DNA of 62,618 bases, the filler included, from Sphacelaria rigidula (Eukaryota), in the NCBI GenBank assembly GCA_964200075.2. It is 5 parts of 5 records of this genome, joined end to end, with 100 filler letters (N's around TTAATTAATTAA, not from the genome) between each part and the next. Parts side by side here need not be neighbours in the genome. Positions count along the whole stretch, not along the records: positions 12,545 to 24,988 come from CAXNAA020003761.1; positions 25,089 to 37,532 come from CAXNAA020003762.1; 3 more parts are not named here. One strand, 5' to 3'. Below, piece by piece: positions 12,703 through 26,120 of this stretch (position 1 is its first letter; the number at the start of each line of letters is the position of its first letter). A program made the translations under genes and the position numbers. The notes below the pieces were generated by a model, which searched no databases, had not been told where the DNA came from, and worked only from the letters and a program-made list of their open reading frames with translations.

Positions 12703-14043
12703 CACACGTGGACAAATAGCACCCTGTAGGACGAGCTGCACAGGGTTTTCCACAGTCTTTGTGAAAACCCCTGTGCAGCATTTGCAAACCCTGGTGACTG
12801 TAATAGCATTCTGCATAGCGTTTTTGTCGAAACCCTGCAAGCAACCCTGTGGAGAGGCCTTCCCAATTCCGATAATTTCGAATTATTTTGGTACGTATAA
12901 AATCCGTACATACATATTTTTTTGAATAGCTTCTCCTGCTGCCGTCCGACATAAATCCTCTATTTGCCCGATTTGAATCGGGCAAAAATGAGTTTATCTC
13001 GGACAGCAGGAGAAGCTATTCAAAATCGTCCTTTTTTCGCCCATTTTATTTTGGCAAAAAAAGGATCTATTTCGAATAGCAGAAGAACCTATCCGAGATA
13101 GATCATTTTTCGCCAATTTAATATGGGGAAACAAAAAGATCTATTTCGAACAGCTTATTTTGCTGCACAAATCCCATGCACACTAGCAGATTCGGAATTA
13201 GAACAACAATAGAAGCTCAAAATAAATCTCCACTTTGCTCTCCAATTTCATTCGGAAATTGGGGAAAAGAGATTTATTGCAAGCAGCGTCAGCTGTGCAT
13301 ATCCCGCATACCGCACCGTTACCAGCGTATGGAATCATACACGCGACAAAAGTTGTTGAGAGCAACTCATCCTATAGCCCCAAACAATAAATATTTCTCG
13401 ACAACTTTCACTGAGTAGAGATCCCACACATTGGTTACGTGTGCATGTCCACACCTTTGCATACAGCATAAACTTGGCGTGATAAGATACTAACGGAGCG
13501 GTGTATACCTCGCATATGAATTCACATTGCTTCTGAAAACCCCGGGGTGCGCAGTCTACCAAAATCACTCAACCGAGTATGCTTTTGTTCAGAGGTTTTT
13601 GCTTGATAGTAAATACATGCACAAAGTTTTGCTTGCACCCCAACAACCCAGGTAGCTCAATGTGGACACTGACGCAATCCACTGCGCAGAAGTCGGGAGT
13701 TCGAGTGCTACTGATGTGATCTCTGTACCGTTTTTTTCTGCTAGTACGATGATGCCCATGCTGTATGGAGTACATCGTATGTGCGCTGTAAAGGCTATAC
13801 AGCATATTAACAGCGATGAATTCTACACGGAGTGACGAAACCCTGTGAAGCGCCCTGTGTGGCGCAAAATAATACCCTACAGTCAAATCCCCGCGAGAAA
13901 CCCTGCACAAATTCTGTGAAACCCTGTGAAGCATCCTGTGGGGCGCAAAAGAACCAACTACAGCCAGATCCCTGCGAGAAACACTACACAGTTTCCCTAA
14001 CACCTGTAGACGTGCCCCACAGGGTGCTACTTGTCCACGTGTG
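12703..14043. mobile_element. Non-autonomous CACTA/EnSpm(CMC)-like element (1341 bp)
   Basis: 28-bp TIRs cacacgtggacaaatagcaccctgtagg / cacacgtggacaagtagcaccctgtggg (26/28); TC on both flanks (2-bp TSD); many subterminal (aa)accctg repeats at both ends. Confidence 0.75.
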
Positions 14044-14147
14044 TCGTCTAAGATCAAGCGACTCGTTTTTTATACATCATTAAACGTGGAAATGGTTTTG
14101 TAAAGGAGTTAGAATAACCCCTCACCCACCCCATTTTGTGGATTAGC

Positions 14148-14210
14148 GCCACTCACTGCGTGAGCTAGGCAACCAGGTCGCTGTGTTTTTCTCGCTTATT
14201 TTTTTGCTGT
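14148..14210 (+). repeat. Short interspersed repeat (cgccac...gagctaggcaaccagg family)
   Basis: Related copies at 37460-37532 (+) and 55086-55163 (-). Confidence 0.75.
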
Positions 14211-14929
14211 GTCGAGTTGAATCATTTTTTTGTGAGACGTGGAGAACTCCAACTCCGCGCAAAGGTGATGATCATACTACATAGTTTAATGGGGCCCCGC
14301 TTCCGCTCGAAGGAATGCTGTGTGCCTGCTTCATATTAACTTGGTGCTTGTGAAAATATGATCGACGCTGAGTTTATATATTTTTCCTAGCTCCACTGCA
14401 GCTGCTGTCTTGGGCTGCAGCAATATAACGAAGGGAAATGAAGCACAGATCTAACCAAGGCAACAAATGCCCGAACACTGTCGTTTTGTTGATTGAGCTC
14501 TCCGCGGCAGATTGAGCTTGAGTACGGCGCGGGTATCCACCAGATCTCCGGAATATAATCCGTGCGTGAATCATAGGAAACAACAAAAAATATCGCTGAT
14601 TTCAGTTCTATCAAGAAATATTGTGTGAGAATCCGTACCTACAAACTCGGTGCAGAATAGAACCGCTCCCCTTCCACGCCACCGGTGTCTAAATACTATT
14701 TTCCCCCGCCCCAGTCGACGACAACGGTTATACTTCCTCCACCAGCTCGCCAAATGTTATCTATCCATGGATGTTTTGTATGATCGTTCTTGATCACCGT
14801 GATAAAAAAAACGTATTTCATATCTACCGATCGAACACGTGTCGGGAAAACACACCTGTATCGGCACCGTGCCCACTGGCTGGCCAGAGCTGGCCCATCT
14901 TACGGCACAGATGGTACAGTAGGTAACAC

Positions 14930-15299
14930 CCGATCATCGAAATTGAGGATGGAGCTTTTCATTGAGCATGAGAACGTGGAACCCTTAAATCCTTGTATCC
15001 ACACCAAATCTTCGAAATATGGTTTCATTCCTCCACCTACTGGTGGCTGTTGACAGCTGCTACACGCTCTACAAATTTGGGATCGGATCGCCGAAATTCC
15101 CAAAAATTGGTCTTTCACCCAGGACCCCAGCATTTCGGTTATCGAGAACCAAATTTGCATGACGTGCAGTACTTGCCAATAGCTACCACAACGTGAAGGA
15201 ATGGAACCATATCTCGTAGATCAGGTGTGGATACGAAGATTTTAGTGTTCCGGGTTTTCATCCTCAATGAAAAGCTGCGTCCTCAATTTCAATGATCGG
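14930..15299. mobile_element. MITE (~370 bp) with ~75-bp imperfect TIRs
   Basis: ccgatcatcgaaattgaggatggagcttttcattgag... is inverted at 15224-15299. Confidence 0.7.
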
Positions 15300-16870
15300 C
15301 TGTGAGGTGCAGCGACCGACAGCTGAGTTGAAAGTTGCTCAGGTACCACGAGTGAGACAACTGAACACTCTTGCCACGGAACATCAAGCAGCAAACGTGA
15401 ACGCGTTTCCCTCCTGTGTGAAGGCGCCGCTTCTTTCGAGGTATACCGTGCACGAGCTTCATATTGACTTGGTGCTTTTGAAAATATAATCGACGCGATG
15501 CACAGCACTCAATGAATGCGGTCATCAACAGCCGGAGTGTTTGTTGTGATATCGAGGCGATTTTTAGTTTTTCCAAACATATTAATGCACTTACCGTTTT
15601 GTTCCCTTTCCAACATAGACCCTGATTATCTCTGAAGCGTGACCTATCGCAACTTGGGAATAGAACAAGACCGCTAAATCACCGGTCCAAAATCTGACTC
15701 GTCAGAGGGGAGTTCGGGCTTTCAAGGCCTCACAACAATCTCGGAGCCTCTCAGTCAGGCCACCCAGTCTGCGCTGACTGAGTGACTCATAGGTTTTTGT
15801 GACGTCTTAGCACGAGTCACACACGATCATGCAAAGGGCCAGGCGGGCATACGATCGCCGAATTTAACACAGCAATGAATGCATCCAGCAACCTACCGTG
15901 TCTGAAAAACCAGTAGCGGGCGTACATAGCGGGCGACGTGATGACATTCCACAATGAGCTTGTCAAACACCAGCCACCATACAATAATTCGTTCCCGTCT
16001 CTAGCCCGCATGCGAGAAACTCGAACAGCGCACTATATAATTCCTTCCCAGGCAATCAAGAGGCAGAGCCGTTTGCAGCAGAAATGCTCGTCGACGAGAA
16101 GCAAGCATGCCTTCACTGCACACACAGACCATCCCGCATCTGTATGGCTAGCACATGGCAGCAGCGACAGGCAACGCCACCAAGGAATATTGCTTGCTGC
16201 GTTAGTAGCAAGTGCTTCCAACCATGCCGCTGCTGCGGTGGCATCAATTTTGGAGCTGCTCTGCTTCTGGCTGTGGAGGGTGATCCACTAAACAGACTAT
16301 TGTCGCTTCGTTGACGTGATCTCCTGCATTTGTGAAATGTTCCGCCGAGAATACAACCCAGTACATTTACTACTACACAAGGTCACATAGCGCATTGTTC
16401 ATGGAGCGCCGTTCTATTGGCTGGTAAGTGCCGCATTTTGCTTTTGGCCACGGTTTGCCGAGGGAAAAAGCAAATGAAGTCTAACGGCGCCAGAGCAAGT
16501 GTATGCAAACATCTGCAACATATTCAACCTGTCGCTGTCCATTTTTGGCAAATTATCGTTCAGGCAATACACCATCACACTGTGCGGTACTGTGTACGGG
16601 CTGATAGGGCAAATAAATTGAAAAGGTTACAGCAGAATCAGATGTTGACACCAATAGTTCAATCAAGATGTACGTTGGCGCTTGCGGCAGTTTCCTCTCC
16701 AATACCCTGACTTCACACACGGCTATTGGGGCATTGGTGCTTGAGGATGACCATAATCCACGTACTTATATTCAGAGTACACACGAGTCACGGCGCCAGG
16801 CAGCAACCAAGGCGTTTACCGTGCACAGTGATCGCTGCAATACAGCAGTCCCGGGGTGGAAAATGGCAGA

Positions 16871-16944
16871 CTAATCGGTCCTGGAGTTCGCCGACGCTCG
16901 CGATGCCCTGATCTCAGTTCGGAGTATGTGCTTCTGGATTTTGC
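16871..16944 (-). CDS. Acyl-CoA synthetase / acyl-activating enzyme (AMP-binding), last exon
   Basis: (G)KIQKHILRTEIRASRASANSRTD*; completes the A10 motif LPKTATGKIQK; CAG acceptor, phase 1. Confidence 0.85.
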
Positions 16945-18156
16945 CTGAATAAGATAAGGACGGTGACAAGGGAGACGTGGCATCACGCGAATTCGTAGCC
17001 TAGCCCATGGCTGATCGTTCTGATGGGACACGTACGTTGTCTTGGCTTAATCTAGTACGGTCAATACACACAACCCTAACGGTAACCTTACACTAACCCC
17101 CACGCCTCTCGGACGTGGTGTGTTTCGACAGAGTTCCACGTGGGTGACAGTCGGTGGAAACGCGCCGCCGCCCGTCGTGCTTACGTATCACGTTCAGGCG
17201 ATCGACTCCAGCCAAAATCCGTATCACTGCAGTTCATACTAAAGCCAAATGTGAGCTGTGTCAAGCCAAGGAGGCGGGGAGTCTGCACTGCCACAACGGG
17301 TAGCTAACGGGGGCATTGCTGTCGCATCGGCAACCGACTGATTGTCGAGCAACAGCCATACTACAGCACGCTAAAACTCGCTCACGTTATCGCCACGAGA
17401 TACGTGAACCTGCGCGGAAGCAGAACATATCATATCATGCGTGAATCGCTGGCACAAGACCTCAGAAACAGACTCAATCATGACAGCAGACGGGGCAGCG
17501 GTGAGGAAAATCGTGACCACAAAGCGACATATATCTTCAATCAGTCGTCTGCTAAATGCAGGCGACTACTAGGGACGAATTCCCACTGATTTGATCAGCG
17601 GGAACGTCTTACACGACAAAAATTCAGGGCTATTGCCACCAACCGAAACAAAGCCGTTTGTAACCTGAGCCCAACCTATTCAACGCCACTATACTCCCCG
17701 GAGGGGTTTCTAGGACATGATAAAATGGAGACACGATTTGGGCTTGACGTTTCGACGTCAGAGGCACAATGCGACCCAAGAGACTGAGACTTGGGCGCTC
17801 TCATGCATACCTTGGATAATGGGTGGTGCAATAGTTGCAAGAGGGGAAAAAGTGTACTGCGACAATGACGAGCCTCTTGTCTTCGGGCAATAAGCAATAG
17901 GCTCCTACTTAGCGCAGTACATGTTTTCCCTATTGCAACTTCTTACAACTGTTTCACCATCTATTACGCAAGGTATTCTCTCATCCATGGCTGAGTATAT
18001 CGGAATATATATATGTATATATATATTAATGAAAGAGTACGTCCGGAATAACAATAACATCAAGCTCGCAGACATGTCACAAAACGAAAATACGGCGGGC
18101 AAACGGCGGACAAATGCATCATAGCCTACAATGGGAGTACAAGCATTTCGACATAC

Positions 18157-18256
18157 CCGTGGCAGTCTTGGGCAGATCTCGGAATACCACTTTCTTGGGG
18201 CACTTAAATCCCGCCAGCCCTCGTCTGGCGTGCTTGATGATGTCTTCGGATGATAC
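18157..18256 (-). CDS. Acyl-CoA synthetase exon
   Basis: VSSEDIIKHARRGLAGFKCPKKVVFRDLPKTAT; AG/GT boundaries, phases match neighbours. Confidence 0.9.
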
Positions 18257-19927
18257 CTGGTGATCCGTGCGACGGTCGCAAAACGAAAGCACCGCTGATG
18301 TTTTGCCAAGCGGAATGGCACATGTTAGGGGGAGGAAAACGACGCTCTTCATCCTGGGGGCCTTCAAATGACAGGAATAACCCCCCTACAGTACCTCAAG
18401 TTATTCTGCACAAGTCAGATATGTGAGCCAATGTGACGGTTAAATTTGGTTTCAGAGGTAGAGGTTGGGGCGTGTCTTCACCTCCTCTTTTCTTTTCACG
18501 AGCTTTGAATATTTCCACTACAAGACTCGTTTGATTTTGACGTACCGATGATATTGAACCATAGGTGTGCTCCAACGACCGCCCGCCACACGTTCTCCTA
18601 CTGCTCAAAATGTGTACATCACCACCGGAGGTGACATCAACTAGGAAGCACCTCTGTGGCGTGAGTATCAACTGCTGGTCTTCACCCACACACTTACGCT
18701 GCCAAGCAATCGTCTCACCCAGAATACCACAGGCTGTATGGGCGAGAAAAGCGGGGGTTGGACGAGATACACGCAGAGTCCATTTTCTCCAATTCATAAG
18801 GTTCATCGGATTCACATGTACATTTTTGCGCTGCGAATACTATCAAAACACGGTTGTGCAAAGGCACCCAGTCTTTTCTTTTTTTGTCGACCTGCGTTAT
18901 TGCTCACGTGATGATAAGAAACGCTGGACTAAACACTGCACCACTGGTCGAGAACATGACAAAATTCACTATCACGGGGTATACTTGATTTGAGTGACAG
19001 GCGAAAACAACGATACGCCGCGCTTCGTTCGCAATGCCGCACTAGCCAGGCGCACCATCCACGTGGTATACTTGTATATGAATTTATGTATACACACGTT
19101 GATTCTATCCGGATACTTGACCGCGAGCCAAAAAACGAGCGCCCAAGCCTACATACCTCAAGCGCCCTGATTTATTTGAAACTGACCGCGTGCAGCATGC
19201 TTCAGCACAAAACGTTGTGCCCCGTGCGGCTGGCATGTTGCCGTAAAGGACACAGTGCCAGGGTACGGGCTTGTGAGAGCCTTGATTTCCCGATCAAATC
19301 GACTACAGGTGAAACACCTGCCGAGGAGCCGTGGGCGTTACCCTCTTCGCGACACATGTGAGTACTTCACCCGCCAGCCGAGTAAAATACTTCAAGCGTA
19401 TCGTGCTATCAGGCCGACGTTGATAAGTTTTTGATGTACAAGGTAGCCCAAGCATGTGCGTATATACCCATTCGCCAACTTGCGCGGTGGAGCACTGAGA
19501 ACATCCTAGGAGCGATCCCCTTCCAACCAAGACTGTCTCGACGAATTTCGTTGTGCTACTGACCGCGATGGCAATCGGAAGGTCTTGACCGACACAGCTA
19601 TGACATCTATTGCGGCGAGTCGCGTAGTGACGTACCGAAATAATATCCGTTGGAAAACCGATCGCCCCCGAGACAATTTCGAGGCAGTGCACGGTAGGTT
19701 GATGTTCGCGTTTGAACATTTATAATGATTCACATGTTCGCGGGTGTCTTCCCAAAGCGCCTTTTCTCCCTGTGTTTCACACTATTTACACCGAGCAGAA
19801 CGGCAGACACGGCTGCGGCTGTTGAATCTTGCCGTACAGTCGAACGACCACCACCATGCACCATGCTCATTGATATGCTTTTGATTATTGTGTGTCGAAT
19901 CCAGTCTGCTGTGCGGCGGAGCCTTAC

Positions 19928-20072
19928 CTGAGCACCAGGTTTTGCTTCCACCACCGCGACAGGAATCTCTCCCCAGTGGTCATCCTCCGCTGCGACTACC
20001 GCAACGTGCAGAACGCCTTCGTGTTGGTGGAGAACCGTTTCCACTTCGATCGATGAAATATTCTCGCCGCCA
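19928..20072 (-). CDS. Acyl-CoA synthetase exon
   Basis: [49 protein letters not shown] (A8 hinge and C-terminal domain). Confidence 0.92.
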
Positions 20073-20761
20073 CTGCAAATTAAAATTATATCAATGATCA
20101 TCGACACCCCGCGACGGTCATGGAGACTGCAGCTTCGAGTCTAGTTCAAATGGGGTGCGAAGTTACGCTCGTAAAAGCGTCGCTAGCCGATCTTTCCGCG
20201 AGCAACTTGACGGGACGGGGTGCGTTAGTAGTGTCTGCCAGTGATGGGACGGCGCGCGGTGGTGAGAACACATACGGGAACCAACTCAGAGAAACATGAG
20301 TGACAGGCGTTGTGGGGGAAATATTGCGTTCTTCTCTGTGCACTCGTATTTCTACGGTGGTTGTTCACGGCTTCACGGCCCAGCGGGCTAGTCCCCCAAA
20401 TGCTAACAATACATCGACACAAGATGATCGTGATTGACGCTGTATGGTGTTCTCTTTCAAGCTCACCGGACAGTATTCGCCTGAAAGTCATCATCAATTT
20501 GGACCAAGGATCAGGGGTGGATTACCATAAACTGTAGTATGCCGCCAGCCCATTCATTCTTTGTATCGTGGGGCACCCAAACACTTAGGCAGGGTATGTT
20601 TCATATCGAAAATCTGATGTTTCCTTCTTCTAACCTCGAAAGTCACCAGACTCCGAAGAAGCACCGGCTTTGAGGCCATCTCAGTCATTACCCTAGACTA
20701 AAACGGCGTTTTGTGACCGAAACTCTTCAACCCCATATTTTAGCCAGCGTAGTGTAATCAC

Positions 20762-20850
20762 CTGATGATGATATCCTTAGCTCTATCCTTCAGCTCGACT
20801 CGGCCCTCTGGGTGCTGGACCGCCAAGTCACCCGTTCTAAACCATTGCCC
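20762..20850 (-). CDS. Acyl-CoA synthetase exon
   Basis: GQWFRTGDLAVQHPEGRVELKDRAKDIII (A7 motif WFxTGD). Confidence 0.92.
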
Positions 20851-23317
20851 CTGCTTACGCAAGAAAATGCAATATGCGGTAATTGCTACATGGGGATTGA
20901 ATGCGCAAGGCACTACGAGGACATGGCAAACAATAAAAAATGGAGTAATGATCCCGTATCCTTGGGATCGGCTCGGAAGATGACAATCTATCCGCAAGCC
21001 TGCCCCAAGGTCCTACATCCTACAATATGCGGAGCAGGATTGACCGTACGGCGGGTGGAAAGCGCCTGACAGGACACACACGATCAATACATGAGCGCCT
21101 TCAGCTGCTATTGGTGCTGGCCGGTATGTACCTCTGACACGGAGCTTTCACCAGAACAAGAGGCATCATCACATTTACGAAGTTGCTTATAGGTCAACGT
21201 GATATGAGAAAAGCACGAACCAGCCTCGATCCTATGCTTGGAGCACAAATGTTGCACACCAGTCGTGAGCGAACAGTACGCCACTTGTAACAGCTGCGTG
21301 CTGCGTGGAAGGTACCGTACTACGTGCGATAACGCTGTTGGTTTCTCTCCGTCTAAGGTTTCTGACATGCACCAGTCCCTCCACCCTGGTGATCGTTGAA
21401 AAATGCTTTGTATCGCGGCACGCGCAAATCGATTCGCACGCGATCCCGACGAACGCACCACCCATGACGCGATCTACTCCCTACATGAGGTTTTCCTCGC
21501 ACGCTTCATGGTAATCCAAGTTGAATCATTGTGTCAGCTAGGCACACTTCCAAGAGGGTGGGATCCTGGGGGCGTAAGGCGGGTGGGGATGCAAATTTCA
21601 TCTGCACACGCCTCCAACGCAATGAAAAATCCACGACGGAGTTCATCTCCCACCTCTCCCCCATTCCCCCTCATGTTTTTTTACCTGGCCGAGCACCCCC
21701 AAGATCATTTCTGAGCTTTTCATAGTTTTCGAGGTGCACCACGTGGTGATATTTCTGCAGAGAACTGACATGTGGCCTCGTCGCGCATAGGTCAGTTCCT
21801 GGTTTTTTATGGCAATGCGTGTACACTGCGGAAGGCGCCGGGCTTAGACTTAATGATCAAACATATTTCCACGCGGCCAGCTACTTTTATGTTTTCCTTC
21901 TTCTTAGTCGAAAGTTTCTCACCAGCTGCAAGTTCTTCATTTTGTTTAGCTGACGAACGTTGAAAATGTGTGCGTAAGTGTGCTGCAACAGGGCAACCGG
22001 GGTCTTCCTGAAAGCGGGTATGGTATAGCAGCTCCATTACACGAGTTATTCCACACGCTATCCCGCAGATGCTACTTCTGACCTCCCAGGTGTTTCCCGG
22101 GTGCATACCTTTTGCTGGTGTTGTTGTGCACATAGGAAACAAGTGCTGTAAACGTGGAGTGTGATAGTGTACGTTACATATATACTCGTCTTGATTCATA
22201 TCAACAGTCTGTATATTAGCCACGACGCAGCATAAGATAGCGGCCCTTTGCATCACTTCCAGTACCATGTTTCGTATCTCCTTGTGGCCAGGATAAGCAT
22301 GTTTCCTATTCTTCTGTTTTTCAAGTTTTCGAGGCCTCCCTCCAAGGCTATGCCCCTCCCCCGAAATATCAAGGTCCACAAGCTTCACTTACGGACGTGA
22401 CCGTTATCTTAGTTCCCGGGTTCCTCTTCTCTTCAAAATCTCTACTTTCTGACTCCTTTCTGACTCATTTCTCCTCTCTGTAATTCCTCCTTTGATCTTA
22501 TTCGCTCATTCTTCCCTTTCAATTTCTCTTCTACTCCGTCTTCTCCTTTTAATTCTTTATTTTCATGCCGTATCTGAGTCCATGCTTCGCTCCTACAGAA
22601 CTCGTGGGAGAGAGCTCTTGCCCAAATAGTGTGATCCCTGCAAATCTGAGTCACAATCCGCCTTCCCGATCTTCCGTTGTTTCGCTTTGTGCTTGTTGGT
22701 TTTTGTAGGGCCTCCTTAACTGAAGTAATGCGGCAGGGACTTGCCGAGGTCGGGTTTTTTTCTTTCCATTTCTCGGGACCGATGCTATATCTTCGTCAGG
22801 CGTTTCTTGTTTTCCTCCTTCCCTTTCCTTTCCTACCCTTCCCCCAATTTTGTCTGTTTGCACTTTACGGTGTTTGTTCTTTCCCTTTTTCGGGCTTCCA
22901 TCAACGGGTGGTTCCGTAATCGTGTCGTAGGTACGTCTACAATGTGAAAACGGCTGAATTCGTGAAGAATTACTTCATGTGGGGCAAGCGGTCATCATTC
23001 AATCAAACGTCCATTATAAGAATGCAAGCAACCAAAAACAATATCCAAAAACGTACTAGGGTGTGGATGCTTCGACGCAAATATATCGCTCATCACGATT
23101 CCACTGGCCACGGGAAATGGATCTGTCGAGATATCTCCACGAGGCCTTTTTTAACGACACACATCTCCTTGGTACTGGCGCTACCCTTTTTCGGACATAC
23201 TCGAGTTCATACTCAACTATCGCACCCAGGTGTGTTCTCAAAACGTGTAGTCAAAGACGTTACCCCCATCGTCATGGCTGTGGCCGCGGACGATACCCCA
23301 ACAAAACACCTACTCGC

Positions 23318-23379
23318 CTGATCAAACGCCTCTCGGGTAGCCTGGTCATTCCTCAGATATTCCTTCATCACGGCATTGC
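23318..23379 (-). CDS. Acyl-CoA synthetase exon (GC donor)
   Basis: (G)NAVMKEYLRNDQATREAFDQ; absent from the ORF track; best donor CAG|GCGAGT. Confidence 0.85.
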
Positions 23380-24084
23380 CTGCAATAGACAAGCGCGTTT
23401 GGCGGATGCAACATTATTGGCACCCCGAAGAAGGGAGACCATGTGAGATCAACATTGACCAGAGCACTATTTCCATTTCATAGGATACGCCTCCGTGAAA
23501 ACGCCATGAGCCTTCGACGCACACTTGTGGTCAGTCACCCTTGCTACAGAGTAGGAACCCCATAAACCCCCTTCATGAGCCTTTTCGTACGTTTGTATGA
23601 CAAGATTAGGTATGTTGAGGTAACCCTTTTTGTAGGCTCGTGACATACCGAAGCAATGCTCTACAAGTACAGCCAGTGTAGCTGTGCAGCAATACAGCCG
23701 CAGCACATACGTAGCTGTACACTATCTTTCAAACGTTGCTTGCACAAGCAACAGCAGGATAAGCCCGTTTGGAGGTTTTGCCGCATTTCTTGTGCGTATT
23801 TTCGGCTTTTCCCGAGCGTTTCTTTGTATCGTACATGCAAGTACACGGATGCGTAATGCGCTACTAACCCTAGAGCTGTGAGAGTGCCCATTTGTACGGG
23901 AACATAACGATACACGTTACTGGTCGGCGATAGTCTGCGCATGCCCCGGACAACTCTACCGTCTCACGAGTCCTCGCATGTACCCGGTGTCCGTGTCTCA
24001 AAACGCTGTATCCGCCCTGAGACAATGATCGACACCTTTATCCCGAGAAAAAGGTTGAAGCCACAGGCTTCACGTAAACCCTCA

Positions 24085-24216
24085 CGTAAACGCCTCACCT
24101 CGCAGCAAAACCTCCCCAAGCGTAGAAACGTAAACGCCTCACCTCGCAGCAAAACCTCCCCAAGCGTAGAAACGTAAACGCCTCACCTCGCAGCAAAACC
24201 TCCCCAAGCGTAGAAC
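24085..24216. repeat. 3 x 44-bp perfect tandem repeat spanning an exon end and donor
   Basis: cgtaaacgcctcacctcgcagcaaaacctccccaagcgtagaa at 24085, 24129 and 24173. Confidence 0.95.
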
Positions 24217-24282
24217 CGTCGGCACGCACGGGATCCAAACCTTCCCTTTCCGCGACATACATGTCGTGCACTAGCGACGGGG
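24187..24282 (-). CDS. Acyl-CoA synthetase exon (most 5' one on this contig)
   Basis: PSLVHDMYVAEREGLDPVRADGSTLGEVLLRG (A6 GEx..RG); acceptor could be 24282 or 24270, same phase. Confidence 0.85.
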
Positions 24283-24988
24283 CTGTTTTGTTTTTTCCGC
24301 GCGCGGGCGAATGGGGGGCAGGCCGTGTAGCATGGGGAAGCGGTGATAGTAATCCGAGTGTGTGTTCCGTGATTCTCGGGAACGCACCGGGATGCGAACA
24401 TTTTTGACGCGGGACGGTATGTCCACCGATGGCCCCATTGGCAACCGAAAGCACATCAACTGAGGGATTCCCGGGAGACCATTCCTAATATCCGTTTCTT
24501 GACTTCATGGGTCTTACCGTATTAGTCGAGATAATCATGATCGAACTTGTCCGCACCCAGATGCATTGAAAAGAGATTACCGGTACCCAGAAACATGATC
24601 CAAATGGAAATTCGGCGCGGCTGGGTGTATTCTGCAAAGATGAACCGGGCTGGTATGTCTTCCGTGCGATATACTCGTGACAATTTCGACTACGACGTAA
24701 ATACACGATCCGCTCGTAAGAGACGAAATGTCGACCCGACCCCCCAACATATCTTGAGGGTATAGAAGCTTGAAGCGGTGCATATTGCGTGCTTGTTTTC
24801 TTCATCGAGGCGAGTAAGCTGGGTCTTACCCTCCAATCTACTTTCGTTTTCCCATGCCACTCGCCAAGATTTCCCGCTAAGGTGATCATGACTCAAACAC
24901 TTGAGACTTGTAACTCTTGCAAGGGTCGGACAAATAATGATTCGTCTGGGAATTACTTGGTTTCAGTATGATGAGTCGACTCGTGACG

Positions 24989-25088
24989 NNNNNNNNNNNN
25001 NNNNNNNNNNNNNNNNNNNNNNNNNNNNNNNNTTAATTAATTAANNNNNNNNNNNNNNNNNNNNNNNNNNNNNNNNNNNNNNNNNNNN
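24989..25088. other. Assembly spacer 2
   Basis: Same 100-bp N/linker structure. Confidence 0.98.
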
Positions 25089-25510
25089 GGTGCACCTAGC
25101 CACAGCTGCTTAACTGCTGCGGACAGTTGGAGGGGAAGATGGCTTCGCTCGGTCGTAAGTGTTTCGCGCCTTCCCTGCAAAACAAAATGCCACTTCAACC
25201 GCTGGACCCCATTTTCTAGGATCCACTGTTCAATGGAGATTTGACACTTATCATGGAGGATTGCAAAGGCATGCCGAAGGAAAACAAAATGGGCCCTTCA
25301 TATTTTTTCTGGAGAGGTACGGGCCTTCTCGTGAAAATGTATTACTCAAGCGTCCTGAGCCAGGGAGTACATGAATATATATATCAACCTCTCCCAAGCG
25401 TTTTGAGGATCCACACAAAGATTCAAGGCACAAGTACCAGACCTGGGCCGGTAAACGGCCTTGAAAATATTGTTCCGAATTTCGCCCGGCCCGGTTTCTG
25501 AATTGCCGTT

Positions 25511-25787
25511 TCTCACCTAAATTTTGCGAGGTAGACTGCGGAATGTAGACTGCGGAATTTGGTAGGGAGGACGAATAGGGCATGCTCAAACGCTGTCGCG
25601 CGGGACTCAAAAGTTTATTTGTTTTCTTGTGAGGTAAGGGCAAAAATCAGTGTCTTGATGTCAGGAAAATACCGTTAACTCACGAAAAAAAAAACATTTT
25701 GTGTCCCGCGTGACAGCGTTTGAGCATGCCCTATCCTTCCTCCCTACCACATTTCGAAGTCTAACTCGCAAAATTAAGGTGAGGCGG
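25511..25787. repeat. Foldback/MITE-like inverted repeat
   Basis: gggcatgctcaaacgctgtc vs gacagcgtttgagcatgccc, with flanking arms of ~90-100 bp. Confidence 0.75.
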
Positions 25788-25854
25788 GGTCTGTAAACCA
25801 CAAATTCGCGTCTTGGCCGGCCCGGCCTGTATAATAGACGGTTCTTGACGTTTT

Positions 25855-26120
25855 GGAATGACTTGCTCTACAAGTTGAGGCGCTTCCAGGACTCCTTCCC
25901 GTTCACCGGTGGCCGCAGTTCTTATTTTGGCCAAACAAGACTTTTGTCGAAGAATGGTCAACAGCGGTCAAATCTCAAAATCGCCAGTTATTTTTCTCTG
26001 GACTTGACCGTTCAAGGACGAAACTTCTTGTGTGGCCAAGATGAAAACTGCGGCCACCGTGAAACAGGAAAAAGTCCTGAAAGCCCTGGAACCGCCTCAA
26101 CTAGTAGAGCAAGACATTCC
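25855..26120. repeat. Second adjacent foldback/MITE-like inverted repeat
   Basis: ggaatgacttgctctacaagttgaggcg vs cgcctcaactagtagagcaagacattcc; inner ggtggccgcagtt / aactgcggccacc. Confidence 0.75.

Noticed and set aside
21807..22900. 193-aa ORF and purine-rich stretch as gene or LINE ORF1
   Set aside because: Lies within a synthetase intron and has no diagnostic motif; possibly TE debris but unsupported.
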